A DNA stretch of 64,000 nt from a virus (taxonomy: Duplodnaviria > Caudoviricetes): IMG/VR virus record IMGVR_UViG_3300032030_002802, positions 135,079 to 199,078 of that record; one strand, written 5' to 3'. This document shows, piece by piece, positions 47,002-55,908 of this stretch. Position numbers and translations under genes: made by a program. Numbering within the stretch: the stretch's first letter is position 1; every line of letters starts with the position of its first letter. The notes beneath the pieces are model-generated. The model saw only the letters and a list, made by a program, of their open reading frames with translations. It was not told the DNA's origin and did no database searches.

Positions 47002-50000
47002 TCACGCCAACTCAATCTCGGAGGCCGGGTCGTACGGGGCGTACGTGCCAGTATTCGGCCAATCCGGGTTGGTGTACGGTATGTTCTGCGCGAACTCCTC
47101 ATCCACAGGGCGGTTGTAGCACCTGCAGTCCTTCTTCGACATATACTTGAATCCGCGCGGGCATGCTGCAAACGTGCAATCGCACTTACACCCGCCGTTG
47201 CCGTCCGGGACATACAATTCGCGGATCGACGCGGTCTTCTTCTTGTTCTTGCACTTGTTGTCCGCTATATCCTGTGCACACGGGTCAGAGTCCTGGTCGT
47301 GGGGGATGCTGCTAGACGAAACCGCTGAACCATGAGAGTCAGAGGAACCGTCAAGCGGATAGCCACACGCGCAAGCACATACTGTGCCGCCCGGCAACGT
47401 AACGTTCGTCACCTGGCACGCCGCCTCGTCGGCTGCAGCACAGCCATCGAGCAACGCCTTATCCGACGTGTCGCACTTGCCGGGGTAGACCTCGCACCAG
47501 CACTGCGGATAATTTGGGTCTACCGTCTCGTCGTGGAACTTGGTGCCGTCAGTCCCGCACTGCACCTTAAGACGTGTACAATAGTTCTCAGGCTCCGGAG
47601 GATCAGGCGGATCGGGCGGATCTGGCGGACCGGGCGGCGGTGTGGGAACAACTGCAGAGTCGCAATGCGCGGTCTCGCACGTACCCGTATTTCCGTGGAC
47701 AACCCACTTATAGCCGTTCCTCTCGCAGAACGCCTTAGCCTCACGGTTGACTGGAAAACCGTTGCACTGACAACCGCACTCATCCTTGGTGAAGTTCAAC
47801 TGAACACCACTCTGCGTAGGCTTGCACCATGTGTCAATCCCCTTGCAGTCTACCAACGAGCTGCTGCCAGACTCGCTGGAGTCGTCGCGACACGGTAGTG
47901 CCATGTAGTTCACGACCGCTACGCCAGGAGTCGAGTTCAAAGTCCACTTACCGGCTTCGCGCTTTCCGATAATGGCCCCGCCCTCTACGCTGACCATGAA
48001 ACTGTCACCGCGCACAGTGACGAAGGTGTAGCCGGAAACGACCTCATCGTCAAAAGTGACAGTGTACTCGATGTAGAAATCCAGACAGCTGCTGCCCGAG
48101 CTGCTGAAACTGGAGCTGCTGGAACTGGAGCTGCTGGAACTGGAGTCGCCGGAGTCGCCGGAGTCGCCGGAGTCGCCGGAGTCGCCCGAGCTGCCCGAGC
48201 TGCTGGAACTGGAGCTGCTGGAACCCGCGCCGCGGCCGTCGGAGTCGTCGGGGTCGTCGGGGTCGTCGGGGTGGCCGGAGTCTCCCGGATGGTCGGGATG
48301 GTCTGGCTTCTCAGCGCTGGAGCTGCCCGAGCTGCCCGAGCTGCCCGAGCTGCCCGAGCTGCCCGAGCTGCCCGAGCTGCCCGAGCTGCCCGAGCTGCTG
48401 AAACTGGAGCTGCTGGAACTGGAGTCGCCGGAGTCGCCGGAGTCGCCGGAGTCGCCCGAGCTGCCCGAGCTGCCCGAGCTGCCCGAGCTGCCCGAGCTGC
48501 CCGAGCTGCTGGAACTGGAGCTGCTGGAACCCGCGCCGCGGCCGTCGGAGTCGTCGGGGTCGTCGGGGTCGTCGGGGTGGCCGGAGTCGTCGGGCTTCTT
48601 AGTGCTTGACGTAGCCTCAATAGTGCTGGAGCTGCCCGAGCTGCCCGAGCTGCCCGAGCTGCCCGAGCTGCCCGAGCTGCCCGAGCTGCCCGAGCTGCTG
48701 GACGCAATATAGCCCGGACCATCGCCACTGCTATGGCTGTTACTCTGGGTGCTGTCACTCTGTGCGCTGCCCGAACTGTCGCCGGAGCTGTCGCCAGAGC
48801 TGTCGCCGGAGCTGCCGGAACTGCCGGACGAGCCGGAGCTGGTGGAGCTGCCGGAACTGCCGGACGAGCCGGAGCTGGTGGAGCTGCCGGAACTGCCGGA
48901 ACTGCCGGACGAGTCAGAGCTGGTGGAGCTGCCGGAACTGCCAGACGAGCCGGAGCTGGTGGAGCTGCCGGAACTGCCGGACGAGCCGGAGCTGGTGGAT
49001 GAATCCAAGCTGTTGCTACCACCAGACGGAAGATCCTGACCTGGCTCGCATGTGCACGTAGCGTAATTGTATTTCTTGCCACGCCGCTTGCACTTCCGCG
49101 CCTGCTTGCGGTCGCACTTGTGGTCGTCGGGCTCGTAGCTGTCGTACGGCCAGTACGGATAGTCGTCCGAGTCTAATCCTGTACCTGGATGGCTACTCCC
49201 GTCGTCGGGACACGGATACGCCAGGACCTGCACCAACTCAATACCATCCTCGGCGGATACCTCCCATCTGCCGTTTACGTACCTCCCGCTGATAAGCCCG
49301 TCCCCGGTGTCAACGCCGAACTCCTCATTCTCCGTGCTAAAGATCATGTGCTCCGCAACCGGGTCGTAGCCCTCAACCGTGACCATGTACTCTATGTAGA
49401 ACTCTGTACATCTGCTACCCGTGCTGTTGGACGAACCAGAATTGCCGCCAGAATCGCCGCACGGCCTTGTATCGACCCGCATCACCGCCAAGTCGCCCAT
49501 CGGGTCGGCCTCAACAACCCACCCCCCATTCTCGAAGGTGTACACCAGGCACTCATGATCAGTAACCTGCCTCACGAAGAAATCAGGATCACTCTGCTCG
49601 CTGGTGTTGACAACGACCACGTGCTCAGTCATTGTCGAGTAGTCGACATAATGCGTGGTTATCTCCTGGCAGGGGTGGCCGGTGTGATCGCTGGAGCTGC
49701 CAATGTCGCACGCTTTTACGGACTGCGACGCAATACCGCCTGAAACCCCGGAGGCCAGCTCAATAGAAAGCGTCCAGCTGCCGTTGGCATAATCACCCAC
49801 TACAGCCACATCGTTGACGGCGACCTCCTCCCGAAAATGAGACTCGCCCCCGACGGCGCGATGCCTGACCGTATCCCAAATCACCTCTCCATCCGGGTTA
49901 CCGGTATTATTATAGTAGACCAACGCCGTAATATCGAAACAAGGGTCACCAGAGCTACCCGAGCTGCCCGAACCGCTGGAGCCGCTGGAGCCGCTGGAGC

Positions 50001-51441
50001 CGCTGGAGCCGCTGCCCGAACTGCTGGAGCCGCTGGAGCCGCTGCCCGAACTGCTGGAGCTGCTGCCCGAGCTGCTGGACGAACCGGAGCAGCACACCGA
50101 GTCTCGAGTGAAGCGCAAGGTCAAGCCTATGTCGTCGAAAAATACCTCGCCGAGGTCCAGGGCATCATAACTCCCCGTTGCAGTGGCCACAGAGGAGTTT
50201 ACGGATAAATTCCAACTGCCGTCATCGCCGCGTTTTATGCTTACATAGCCGTACGGGGTACTCCCGCGCCACGCACCCTCGGAATAGTCCAGATCCGCAA
50301 CGTCGCCAGAGCCTGCAACATGCCACGGGGCGTAGCAGTCGCCACCGCAATTGACCTCAGCGTCCGCGGGGGGAAGCGAGCTAGAGCCGCTGATGGAGCT
50401 GCCGCTGCTGCCAGACTGGCTGCCCGAGCTGCCCCCGCCCGAGCTGCTGGACGAGCCGGAGCAGGGGTCAGGGCCGGAGGAACTGGAGCCGCCCGAGTCA
50501 TCGCTGGTGCTGCTCGAAGATTCGCACGGATTCACCGTATACTTGCCTACGGACACGTCCTCCCCCGTGCCCCACACTCTCCACTCACCACCCACGTACT
50601 GAACGTTTATATAACCGTCCGGAGCGACCTGCTCGCCGTACTCGCAGTCACCGTCTTTACGGGGGTCGCCGGTATTCACGGTGTAAGTGTCCCCATGCCA
50701 CTCCCCGTCGCCACCGTATTCCTCACTAACGCGAGACTGGTAGGGGACGGTTATCTCAGCGCATGGCACCTCGGGGCAGGTGTCGCCTGAGCCGGAGGAA
50801 CTGGAGCCGCCGCCAGATACGTCGGCGGCAGGAGACACCAACCGGATCGACACGGGGCTCGGAATATTCCACGGGTATTCCTCCATCGACTCCACGTCCG
50901 ACATAGACTGCCGACTCTGGTTCCCCTCTATCGCGAGATCGGCCAGCGAGTAACAGCCTGAAAACGCGTTAGCCCCGATAGACTCCACAGAAGCCGGAAT
51001 CTGCAGGCCGGCCAGGCTGGAGCAACCTGAAAACGCGTCAGCCCCGATACTGACCAGACTGTCTGGCAAATCAGCACCCGTGAGCCCATAGCAGTTCTGG
51101 AACAGCCCGTCGCCAAGTGCCGTGACGGTGTTTCCCACTACGATGCGGGACACCATGCTAACGTTCGGAATCGCCTCTCTGGTAAGCGCGCCGACTACAT
51201 CCAGTGTAGACGTAGTTCCGTTGGTGTACGTGACATATGTCGCAGCTGGGTCGGGCACGTCTACCGCAGTCTGCCACGCCGGAATACTGGCATCGCCGGA
51301 GGGCCACTCGGTAGCGCCGACCGACTTCGTGGACACAGCCCCGTACTGGGCATCTGTAGCCAGCGGGTAGCCTTTCGGCACCTGGGGCATCTTCGCCGCC
51401 TGAGCCGATACCCGTGACTTGCGCCGACGTATACGCTTCAT
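47002..51441 (-). CDS. Giant Ser/Gly-rich, Cys-rich protein with N-terminal BspA-type LRRs, 1479 aa
   Basis: AGGAGG RBS; about 3 LRR_5 repeats; Cys-bounded beta modules joined by poly-SSG tracts; Cys-rich C-terminus. Confidence 0.85.
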   Translation of the reverse strand: MKRIRRRKSRVSAQAAKMPQVPKGYPLATDAQYGAVSTKSVGATEWPSGDASIPAWQTAVDVPDPAATYVTYTNGTTSTLDVVGALTREAIPNVSMVSRIVVGNTVTALGDGLFQNCYGLTGADLPDSLVSIGADAFSGCSSLAGLQIPASVESIGANAFSGCYSLADLAIEGNQSRQSMSDVESMEEYPWNIPSPVSIRLVSPAADVSGGGSSSSGSGDTCPEVPCAEITVPYQSRVSEEYGGDGEWHGDTYTVNTGDPRKDGDCEYGEQVAPDGYINVQYVGGEWRVWGTGEDVSVGKYTVNPCESSSSTSDDSGGSSSSGPDPCSGSSSSSGGGSSGSQSGSSGSSISGSSSLPPADAEVNCGGDCYAPWHVAGSGDVADLDYSEGAWRGSTPYGYVSIKRGDDGSWNLSVNSSVATATGSYDALDLGEVFFDDIGLTLRFTRDSVCCSGSSSSSGSSSSSSGSGSSGSSSSGSGSSGSSGSSGSSGSGSSGSSGDPCFDITALVYYNNTGNPDGEVIWDTVRHRAVGGESHFREEVAVNDVAVVGDYANGSWTLSIELASGVSGGIASQSVKACDIGSSSDHTGHPCQEITTHYVDYSTMTEHVVVVNTSEQSDPDFFVRQVTDHECLVYTFENGGWVVEADPMGDLAVMRVDTRPCGDSGGNSGSSNSTGSRCTEFYIEYMVTVEGYDPVAEHMIFSTENEEFGVDTGDGLISGRYVNGRWEVSAEDGIELVQVLAYPCPDDGSSHPGTGLDSDDYPYWPYDSYEPDDHKCDRKQARKCKRRGKKYNYATCTCEPGQDLPSGGSNSLDSSTSSGSSGSSGSSTSSGSSGSSGSSTSSDSSGSSGSSGSSTSSGSSGSSGSSTSSGSSGSSGSSGDSSGDSSGDSSGSAQSDSTQSNSHSSGDGPGYIASSSSGSSGSSGSSGSSGSSGSSGSSSTIEATSSTKKPDDSGHPDDPDDPDDSDGRGAGSSSSSSSSSGSSGSSGSSGSSGSSGDSGDSGDSGDSSSSSSSFSSSGSSGSSGSSGSSGSSGSSGSSGSSSAEKPDHPDHPGDSGHPDDPDDPDDSDGRGAGSSSSSSSSSGSSGDSGDSGDSGDSGDSSSSSSSSSSSSFSSSGSSCLDFYIEYTVTFDDEVVSGYTFVTVRGDSFMVSVEGGAIIGKREAGKWTLNSTPGVAVVNYMALPCRDDSSESGSSSLVDCKGIDTWCKPTQSGVQLNFTKDECGCQCNGFPVNREAKAFCERNGYKWVVHGNTGTCETAHCDSAVVPTPPPGPPDPPDPPDPPEPENYCTRLKVQCGTDGTKFHDETVDPNYPQCWCEVYPGKCDTSDKALLDGCAAADEAACQVTNVTLPGGTVCACACGYPLDGSSDSHGSAVSSSSIPHDQDSDPCAQDIADNKCKNKKKTASIRELYVPDGNGGCKCDCTFAACPRGFKYMSKKDCRCYNRPVDEEFAQNIPYTNPDWPNTGTYAPYDPASEIELA
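48088..48997. repeat. Nested in-frame tandem repeats: (gagctgccc)n, (ggagtcgcc)n, (gtcgtcggg)n, 36/45-bp units and a ~300-bp duplicated block
   Basis: All units are multiples of 3 and encode SSG, DSG, DDP, SSTSSGSSGSSG. Confidence 0.9.
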
Positions 51442-51456
51442 ACTAGTTCCTCCTAC

Positions 51457-51672
51457 CTACTCCCAGCCCATCATGCGGCTGTATACAAAATGAAACGCCT
51501 CATCGGCGTGCGGAACGCCGGCCTTGATGTCCATGGCGATCTTCTGCAGGTCCTTTGTGCTGTACTCGCCGATCTGATCGGATATCAGGATGTCGATGCC
51601 GACGCAAGACGGAAACCCCCGCGGGTCGAACCCGCGGGTATCATCAGCCGTCGCCTTGGCCACGCCTGTCAT
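51457..51672 (-). CDS. Small hypothetical protein, 71 aa
   Basis: ATG at 51672 with GAGGTG RBS. Confidence 0.55.
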   Translation of the reverse strand: MTGVAKATADDTRGFDPRGFPSCVGIDILISDQIGEYSTKDLQKIAMDIKAGVPHADEAFHFVYSRMMGWE

Positions 51673-51722
51673 GCCACACCTCGTACGAACCTGGTCATGC
51701 CTAACTGCTCCTAGCACAGGTA

Positions 51723-51751
51723 ATTATAGCACACCGCACGGTGAGATGCAA
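51723..51751 (-). promoter_or_regulatory. sigma70-like promoter TTGCAT-N17-TATAAT (extended TG)
   Basis: Intergenic; heads the unit containing the giant Ser-rich gene. Confidence 0.7.
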
Positions 51752-51812
51752 TATGTGCTGATACGCAAAAAATACGCCCGAACACGATACGGATTCACCG
51801 CACTGGGGACTA

Positions 51813-52601
51813 TCAACGCGCTGGCGTGACCTCAAACCGGCACGGCTCCGGGAAAAGCGAATGCAGGTAGCGCATGGCGGCGTTGAACCCCTCATCCGTA
51901 TAGGCTATATGTGTTGTTGGGTTGTCGAAAGCGGCATCCGACCATATGAACGTATGGTCGGAGACATGCGCGCCGCGCTGCCGGATGAAGTTGAAGTACC
52001 CGGACATTATTATTGCATCTGTCCGGTACTCGTACTCGCTCCACTTCGCGTACGCCAGAAAACGGTCGCGGTCGAACTGCGTCCAGATATGCGGCTCCCA
52101 ATAGTAGATTCCGCCCTCCCCAAGCCCCATCGCGACCCTGCGCAGCCTCTCACGCTCCAGCGTGCGGCGGAGCCTCGAATGCCACTCGTGATTCCTGTCG
52201 TCGTACCACGTGTCGTTCTTGTCGTACTCCCTGAGCCACATGGGCGCAAAGTCGTCCCAGGTGCACACGCGTGTCTGAAACTGGTCGTCAGAGCAAAACA
52301 ATATCCGCTTGGCAATCCCGGGCGTCTCGCACGCGTGGGCCATCTTGTCGATTATGTTCGAGTCCTTCGCGAAAGTAAACCGGTCGCGCCACGGCAAGTG
52401 CGTGACAGCGCTGCGGTTAACCCACTTCGGGCACTCGCCTACTATGTAGACGCTGCGCACGAACGGACAATGGTTCGCCACATTGCGGAGCGCGTATCTG
52501 AGCTCCTCATTACCGTGCTTCGACCCGGTTCCGATCACGAACACCGCGTCGACCGGGTCATTGTCGGCACCCTGTGCCGCCTGTTCTACATGTACATCCA
52601 T
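51813..52601 (-). CDS. Stealth-family-like glycan phosphotransferase, 262 aa
   Basis: VDAVF, EELRYALRNV...PFVRSVYIVGECPKW, LFCSDDQF resemble Stealth CR1/CR2. Confidence 0.65.
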   Translation of the reverse strand: MDVHVEQAAQGADNDPVDAVFVIGTGSKHGNEELRYALRNVANHCPFVRSVYIVGECPKWVNRSAVTHLPWRDRFTFAKDSNIIDKMAHACETPGIAKRILFCSDDQFQTRVCTWDDFAPMWLREYDKNDTWYDDRNHEWHSRLRRTLERERLRRVAMGLGEGGIYYWEPHIWTQFDRDRFLAYAKWSEYEYRTDAIIMSGYFNFIRQRGAHVSDHTFIWSDAAFDNPTTHIAYTDEGFNAAMRYLHSLFPEPCRFEVTPAR

Positions 52602-52618
52602 GTGTACCTCCGTTCCTC

Positions 52619-53359
52619 CTACTGCTTTGACTTAAATGCCGGATACCCCGCTGCCAGGGACCCGCCGACTAAAAACTCGCTCCTGTACGGCTTGCTGCCC
52701 GCGTGATTGTGTGGATCGCCCCGCCCATGCGGGCGCTGCACGGCAAGGCACGGCGTGGCGCAATACGCCACCGTGCGGTCCACGAACTCGGGTCGGTCGT
52801 ACATGTCTACCGTGTGCAGCGGAACACCTCTGAAGGACAGGCTGTCCTCCATCAAGCCAGTCTTCCACAGCAGGCCCTCGCGCGTGAATGCGACGGCACC
52901 GGTTCCGCACAGAACGCCATTGACCGTAGCGCTGGAAAACCGTGACCACGCCCTGCCAAGACCGCCAGTAAAGCCTGCGCCGGCCCTGACATACCACTCC
53001 AGCTTAAGGAACTGCCAATCGTCTGGCAGCTCGGCGAACGAGGATCGGATTACGTCCATGCTGGCAAAACAGGCATCGTCCTCCATTATCAACACCCGCT
53101 TACAACCCCAAGCAAGAGCCAGCTTCATGATCTCGTAGTGCCCCATGGTGCAGTCGAAACCCCCAAACGAGTAGCGCTCGCTGGGCGGAATGAGGTTGCC
53201 CAGGATCCCTGTGAACGGGCTCGGGAAACGCCAGAACCACTTCGCCCTCGGCAGAAGCCCGACTCTGTCAAGCTCGCGCTCGAGCAGCTGCTTGCGCCTG
53301 TTGCTATACCCGGTCCAGTCCTGCACGGCCACCAGGTCAAACATGTCAAACGGATTCAT
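52619..53359 (-). CDS. Glycosyltransferase family 25-like, 246 aa
   Basis: CTMGHYEIMK...VLIMEDDACF. Confidence 0.7.
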   Translation of the reverse strand: MNPFDMFDLVAVQDWTGYSNRRKQLLERELDRVGLLPRAKWFWRFPSPFTGILGNLIPPSERYSFGGFDCTMGHYEIMKLALAWGCKRVLIMEDDACFASMDVIRSSFAELPDDWQFLKLEWYVRAGAGFTGGLGRAWSRFSSATVNGVLCGTGAVAFTREGLLWKTGLMEDSLSFRGVPLHTVDMYDRPEFVDRTVAYCATPCLAVQRPHGRGDPHNHAGSKPYRSEFLVGGSLAAGYPAFKSKQ

Positions 53360-53403
53360 GCTCTTGTATGCACATATGACACGGCTATCACGGATCAGAC
53401 CTA

Positions 53404-54147
53404 CTACACAGCATACGCGCCAACCTCACCTCCAGCCAAATGCCTGCCATACAGCCTATACGCATCCGGACCGCGACGACGCACACCGTCACCAGTCCAA
53501 CGCTGCACTGCAAGCAGCGGTGTTGCAACATATGCGTGTATACCGCCAGTACCATGACTGGTGTCATATGCACTAAACCCGTGCATCGCCTCAAACAACC
53601 GCGAGTAGTCAGCACAGGCCTCTAGTCTGGACACCCTCCACCGCATTCCGACATCAGAATACGCGATAGCTGCCGAGAACCTGGTATCGAACCCTGACAG
53701 CGGGCACCAAGGACCCGAGATATCAGGCACAAACGTGCCTTTACCCCTATAGCCAACCCACTCAAGCTTAGCCATGTCATAGTCCTGTGGCATAGATCTG
53801 AGCCCGTCGGCCAAAGCGCCGACGTCCTTCAGGAAACGAACGTCGTCCTCCAGCACAAGCGCATGCCTACATCCTAGTTCCAGCAGTGTCTTGATTGCAC
53901 GATACTGGTTCATATTGAGCCGGAATCCGCCGATGCTGAAAATATCATTAGCCAGCCGCAGGTTATTGGCAAGCCGCACCATAAACGGGTTGTCAAAGTC
54001 CCAGAACCACTCTACCCGGTCCAATAGCCCTACGCGCGCAAGCTCAGCCCTAAGACTCTCCTTCCTGTGCGCGTAGTCAGTGCTGCTGATCACCGCAACG
54101 GCATCAAACTGATCCCAAATTGACGGGTCAACCTTCGCAACTCCCAT
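53404..54147 (-). CDS. Glycosyltransferase family 25-like (paralog of the adjacent gene), 247 aa
   Basis: ATG at 54147 with AGGAGG RBS; ALVLEDDVRF; shares ELxRVGLL and YxATPxLAVQR with the neighbour. Confidence 0.7.
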   Translation of the reverse strand: MGVAKVDPSIWDQFDAVAVISSTDYAHRKESLRAELARVGLLDRVEWFWDFDNPFMVRLANNLRLANDIFSIGGFRLNMNQYRAIKTLLELGCRHALVLEDDVRFLKDVGALADGLRSMPQDYDMAKLEWVGYRGKGTFVPDISGPWCPLSGFDTRFSAAIAYSDVGMRWRVSRLEACADYSRLFEAMHGFSAYDTSHGTGGIHAYVATPLLAVQRWTGDGVRRRGPDAYRLYGRHLAGGEVGAYAV

Positions 54148-54187
54148 CGGAATACCTCCTCCTGTCATAAGAATCTCTACTTCAGGC

Positions 54188-54469
54188 TTAATGACCGTCC
54201 CGCGCCACCATGAACCACCCAGCCGCGATGGCCGCGCCGGCCGTGGCGAATACCACAATCCCCCACAGCTCGCCCTCGCTGAGCTCGCGTGGCTCGGGAT
54301 CCGGAGCGTCATGCGCCTCGCAGTCACGCCGCTCGCCGTCACGGATGAGCATCGTGTTCCACACGTTGCCCGGGACGCCCATGTATGCCGGACTCGTCAG
54401 GAGATCAGACCCGGACGAGACTGCAGACAGGGCGACGGCCGCAACAGTTAGGATGCGTCTCAGAGACAT
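54188..54469 (-). CDS. Small secreted/membrane protein, 93 aa
   Basis: Signal-like N-terminus and C-terminal TM helix. Confidence 0.6.
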   Translation of the reverse strand: MSLRRILTVAAVALSAVSSGSDLLTSPAYMGVPGNVWNTMLIRDGERRDCEAHDAPDPEPRELSEGELWGIVVFATAGAAIAAGWFMVARDGH

Positions 54470-54474
54470 AACGG

Positions 54475-55146
54475 TCACCCCTCCTTGTCGCCCGGATACT
54501 CCGTGATAAGCTCGGAGTACGGGAGCTTCGCTATGAACTTCTCGCAGAACTCGTGCCACGCCGGCAGCCTGTGGTTCCTGCGCCACCGCCAGATCTCGAT
54601 CAGGTTCTCGTAACTGCACGTCCACGTGATGCGCTCGTACAGGTACGAGTGCGGGAGCATGCGCTTCATCGACCTGAAGATGCGCTCGGCCTCCTCGGTG
54701 TTGCCGTCGCCCTTCGCGAGCAGGTAGTTGTCGCGCGAGACGTTCAACGCCTCGATCGCAAGCTGCAGCTGGTGCGCCTCGAGGTCGGTCTCAGGCCTCT
54801 CGAAGTCGTCCGCGGTGAGGTAGCGGCTCGTGATCTTGTGCATCGTGGACGAGCTGTCGGCTGTCGTGCCGACCTTGTACGTCGCGAACTCGTGCATGAA
54901 GTACGACGGCATCTTGCAGATGTCGACGATAACGCTGATCTGCCGCATGAACTTGCGGTGCGGGGCGCCGGCCTTGATGAGGCGGCGCGCGAGGTCGCGG
55001 TCGGATGTGCCGACTATCGTATCATGCTTGTGCAGGACCTCGTCTATCACGTCCAGCGTGTCCGACTTGTCCCATCCGCTCATCGCGTTGCGCATCCCGC
55101 GCAGCGCGTGCTGCAGGTGCGACACTTCTATGTTGATGAACTCCAT
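54475..55146 (-). CDS. ThyX-like (flavin-dependent thymidylate synthase-like) protein, divergent, 223 aa
   Basis: ALRGMRN, HRKFMRQI, SSSTMHK, LPHSY, RRNHRLPAW; lacks the canonical RHR motif. Confidence 0.6.
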   Translation of the reverse strand: MEFINIEVSHLQHALRGMRNAMSGWDKSDTLDVIDEVLHKHDTIVGTSDRDLARRLIKAGAPHRKFMRQISVIVDICKMPSYFMHEFATYKVGTTADSSSTMHKITSRYLTADDFERPETDLEAHQLQLAIEALNVSRDNYLLAKGDGNTEEAERIFRSMKRMLPHSYLYERITWTCSYENLIEIWRWRRNHRLPAWHEFCEKFIAKLPYSELITEYPGDKEG

Positions 55147-55156
55147 GTGATTCCTC

Positions 55157-55897
55157 CTATGGTTGCCGCTCTGATTCGGCGGACGACATCTCCCTTGCAT
55201 GTATCGCGTCCTGCATCTTGCAAATCTCCTTTTCCGAAAACGCCGACGGAAATGCGCGCATGGTAAGCTCCACCGGGCGCAGAAACCCCTTCGGGGGGTC
55301 CTGCGTCACGTGATGATCCCCATGGCAGTATCCCGACCCGGTGTGCGCACTCCTCTTGCGCACGAACTGCACGAAGAGATCGTATCCCGGAAGATACGTA
55401 CGTGCAACACGCGCAAAATAGTGGTCTATGTGCACAAAACGGTGGCAGTTGATGAACGCATCATATGCCGCCTCAAACACGATGTAGGCATGCGCACCAC
55501 GAGTGTTGCCCGCACGCACGAGCTGAGCCGACAAGATCTCACGCGGCCTCCTGAAGTTGGTGCCAAGCTGCAGCACCCTGCAGTCGTCAGGAAGGTCGGA
55601 CAGGTAGTGGCGCATAAGCTTGGCGGCGTCGGGATGCGGGACAGCGTCGTCCTCGAATATCAGCACAGACGGCATTCCGAGGGCCTTGGCCCTCTCTATT
55701 ATGCCGACATGACTCATGATGATACGCTTCTCCGTACGAAAACTGCCGTTGGTGACCCCGCGCACAAACCGTGGCGGGACGTAGAACCCGGAATCCCCGA
55801 ACACCGACTCCATGACCCTGTAAAACCGACCGAGTCTCTCGTCGTCAATACTTATCACGAACGATCTTGAGAATATACTGCTGATATCGCACACCAT
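55157..55897 (-). CDS. Glycosyltransferase family 25-like
   Basis: FVISID, IIMSHVGII...VLIFEDDA, GAHAYIV; start 55897 (GAGGAG RBS) or 55912. Confidence 0.75.
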   Translation of the reverse strand: MVCDISSIFSRSFVISIDDERLGRFYRVMESVFGDSGFYVPPRFVRGVTNGSFRTEKRIIMSHVGIIERAKALGMPSVLIFEDDAVPHPDAAKLMRHYLSDLPDDCRVLQLGTNFRRPREILSAQLVRAGNTRGAHAYIVFEAAYDAFINCHRFVHIDHYFARVARTYLPGYDLFVQFVRKRSAHTGSGYCHGDHHVTQDPPKGFLRPVELTMRAFPSAFSEKEICKMQDAIHAREMSSAESERQP

Positions 55898-55908
55898 AAA
55901 AGCACTCC

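Noticed and set aside
48088-50080. Repeat arrays as CRISPR or DGR elements
   Set aside because: No unique spacers, all units are in-frame coding, and there is no cas or reverse transcriptase gene in the window.
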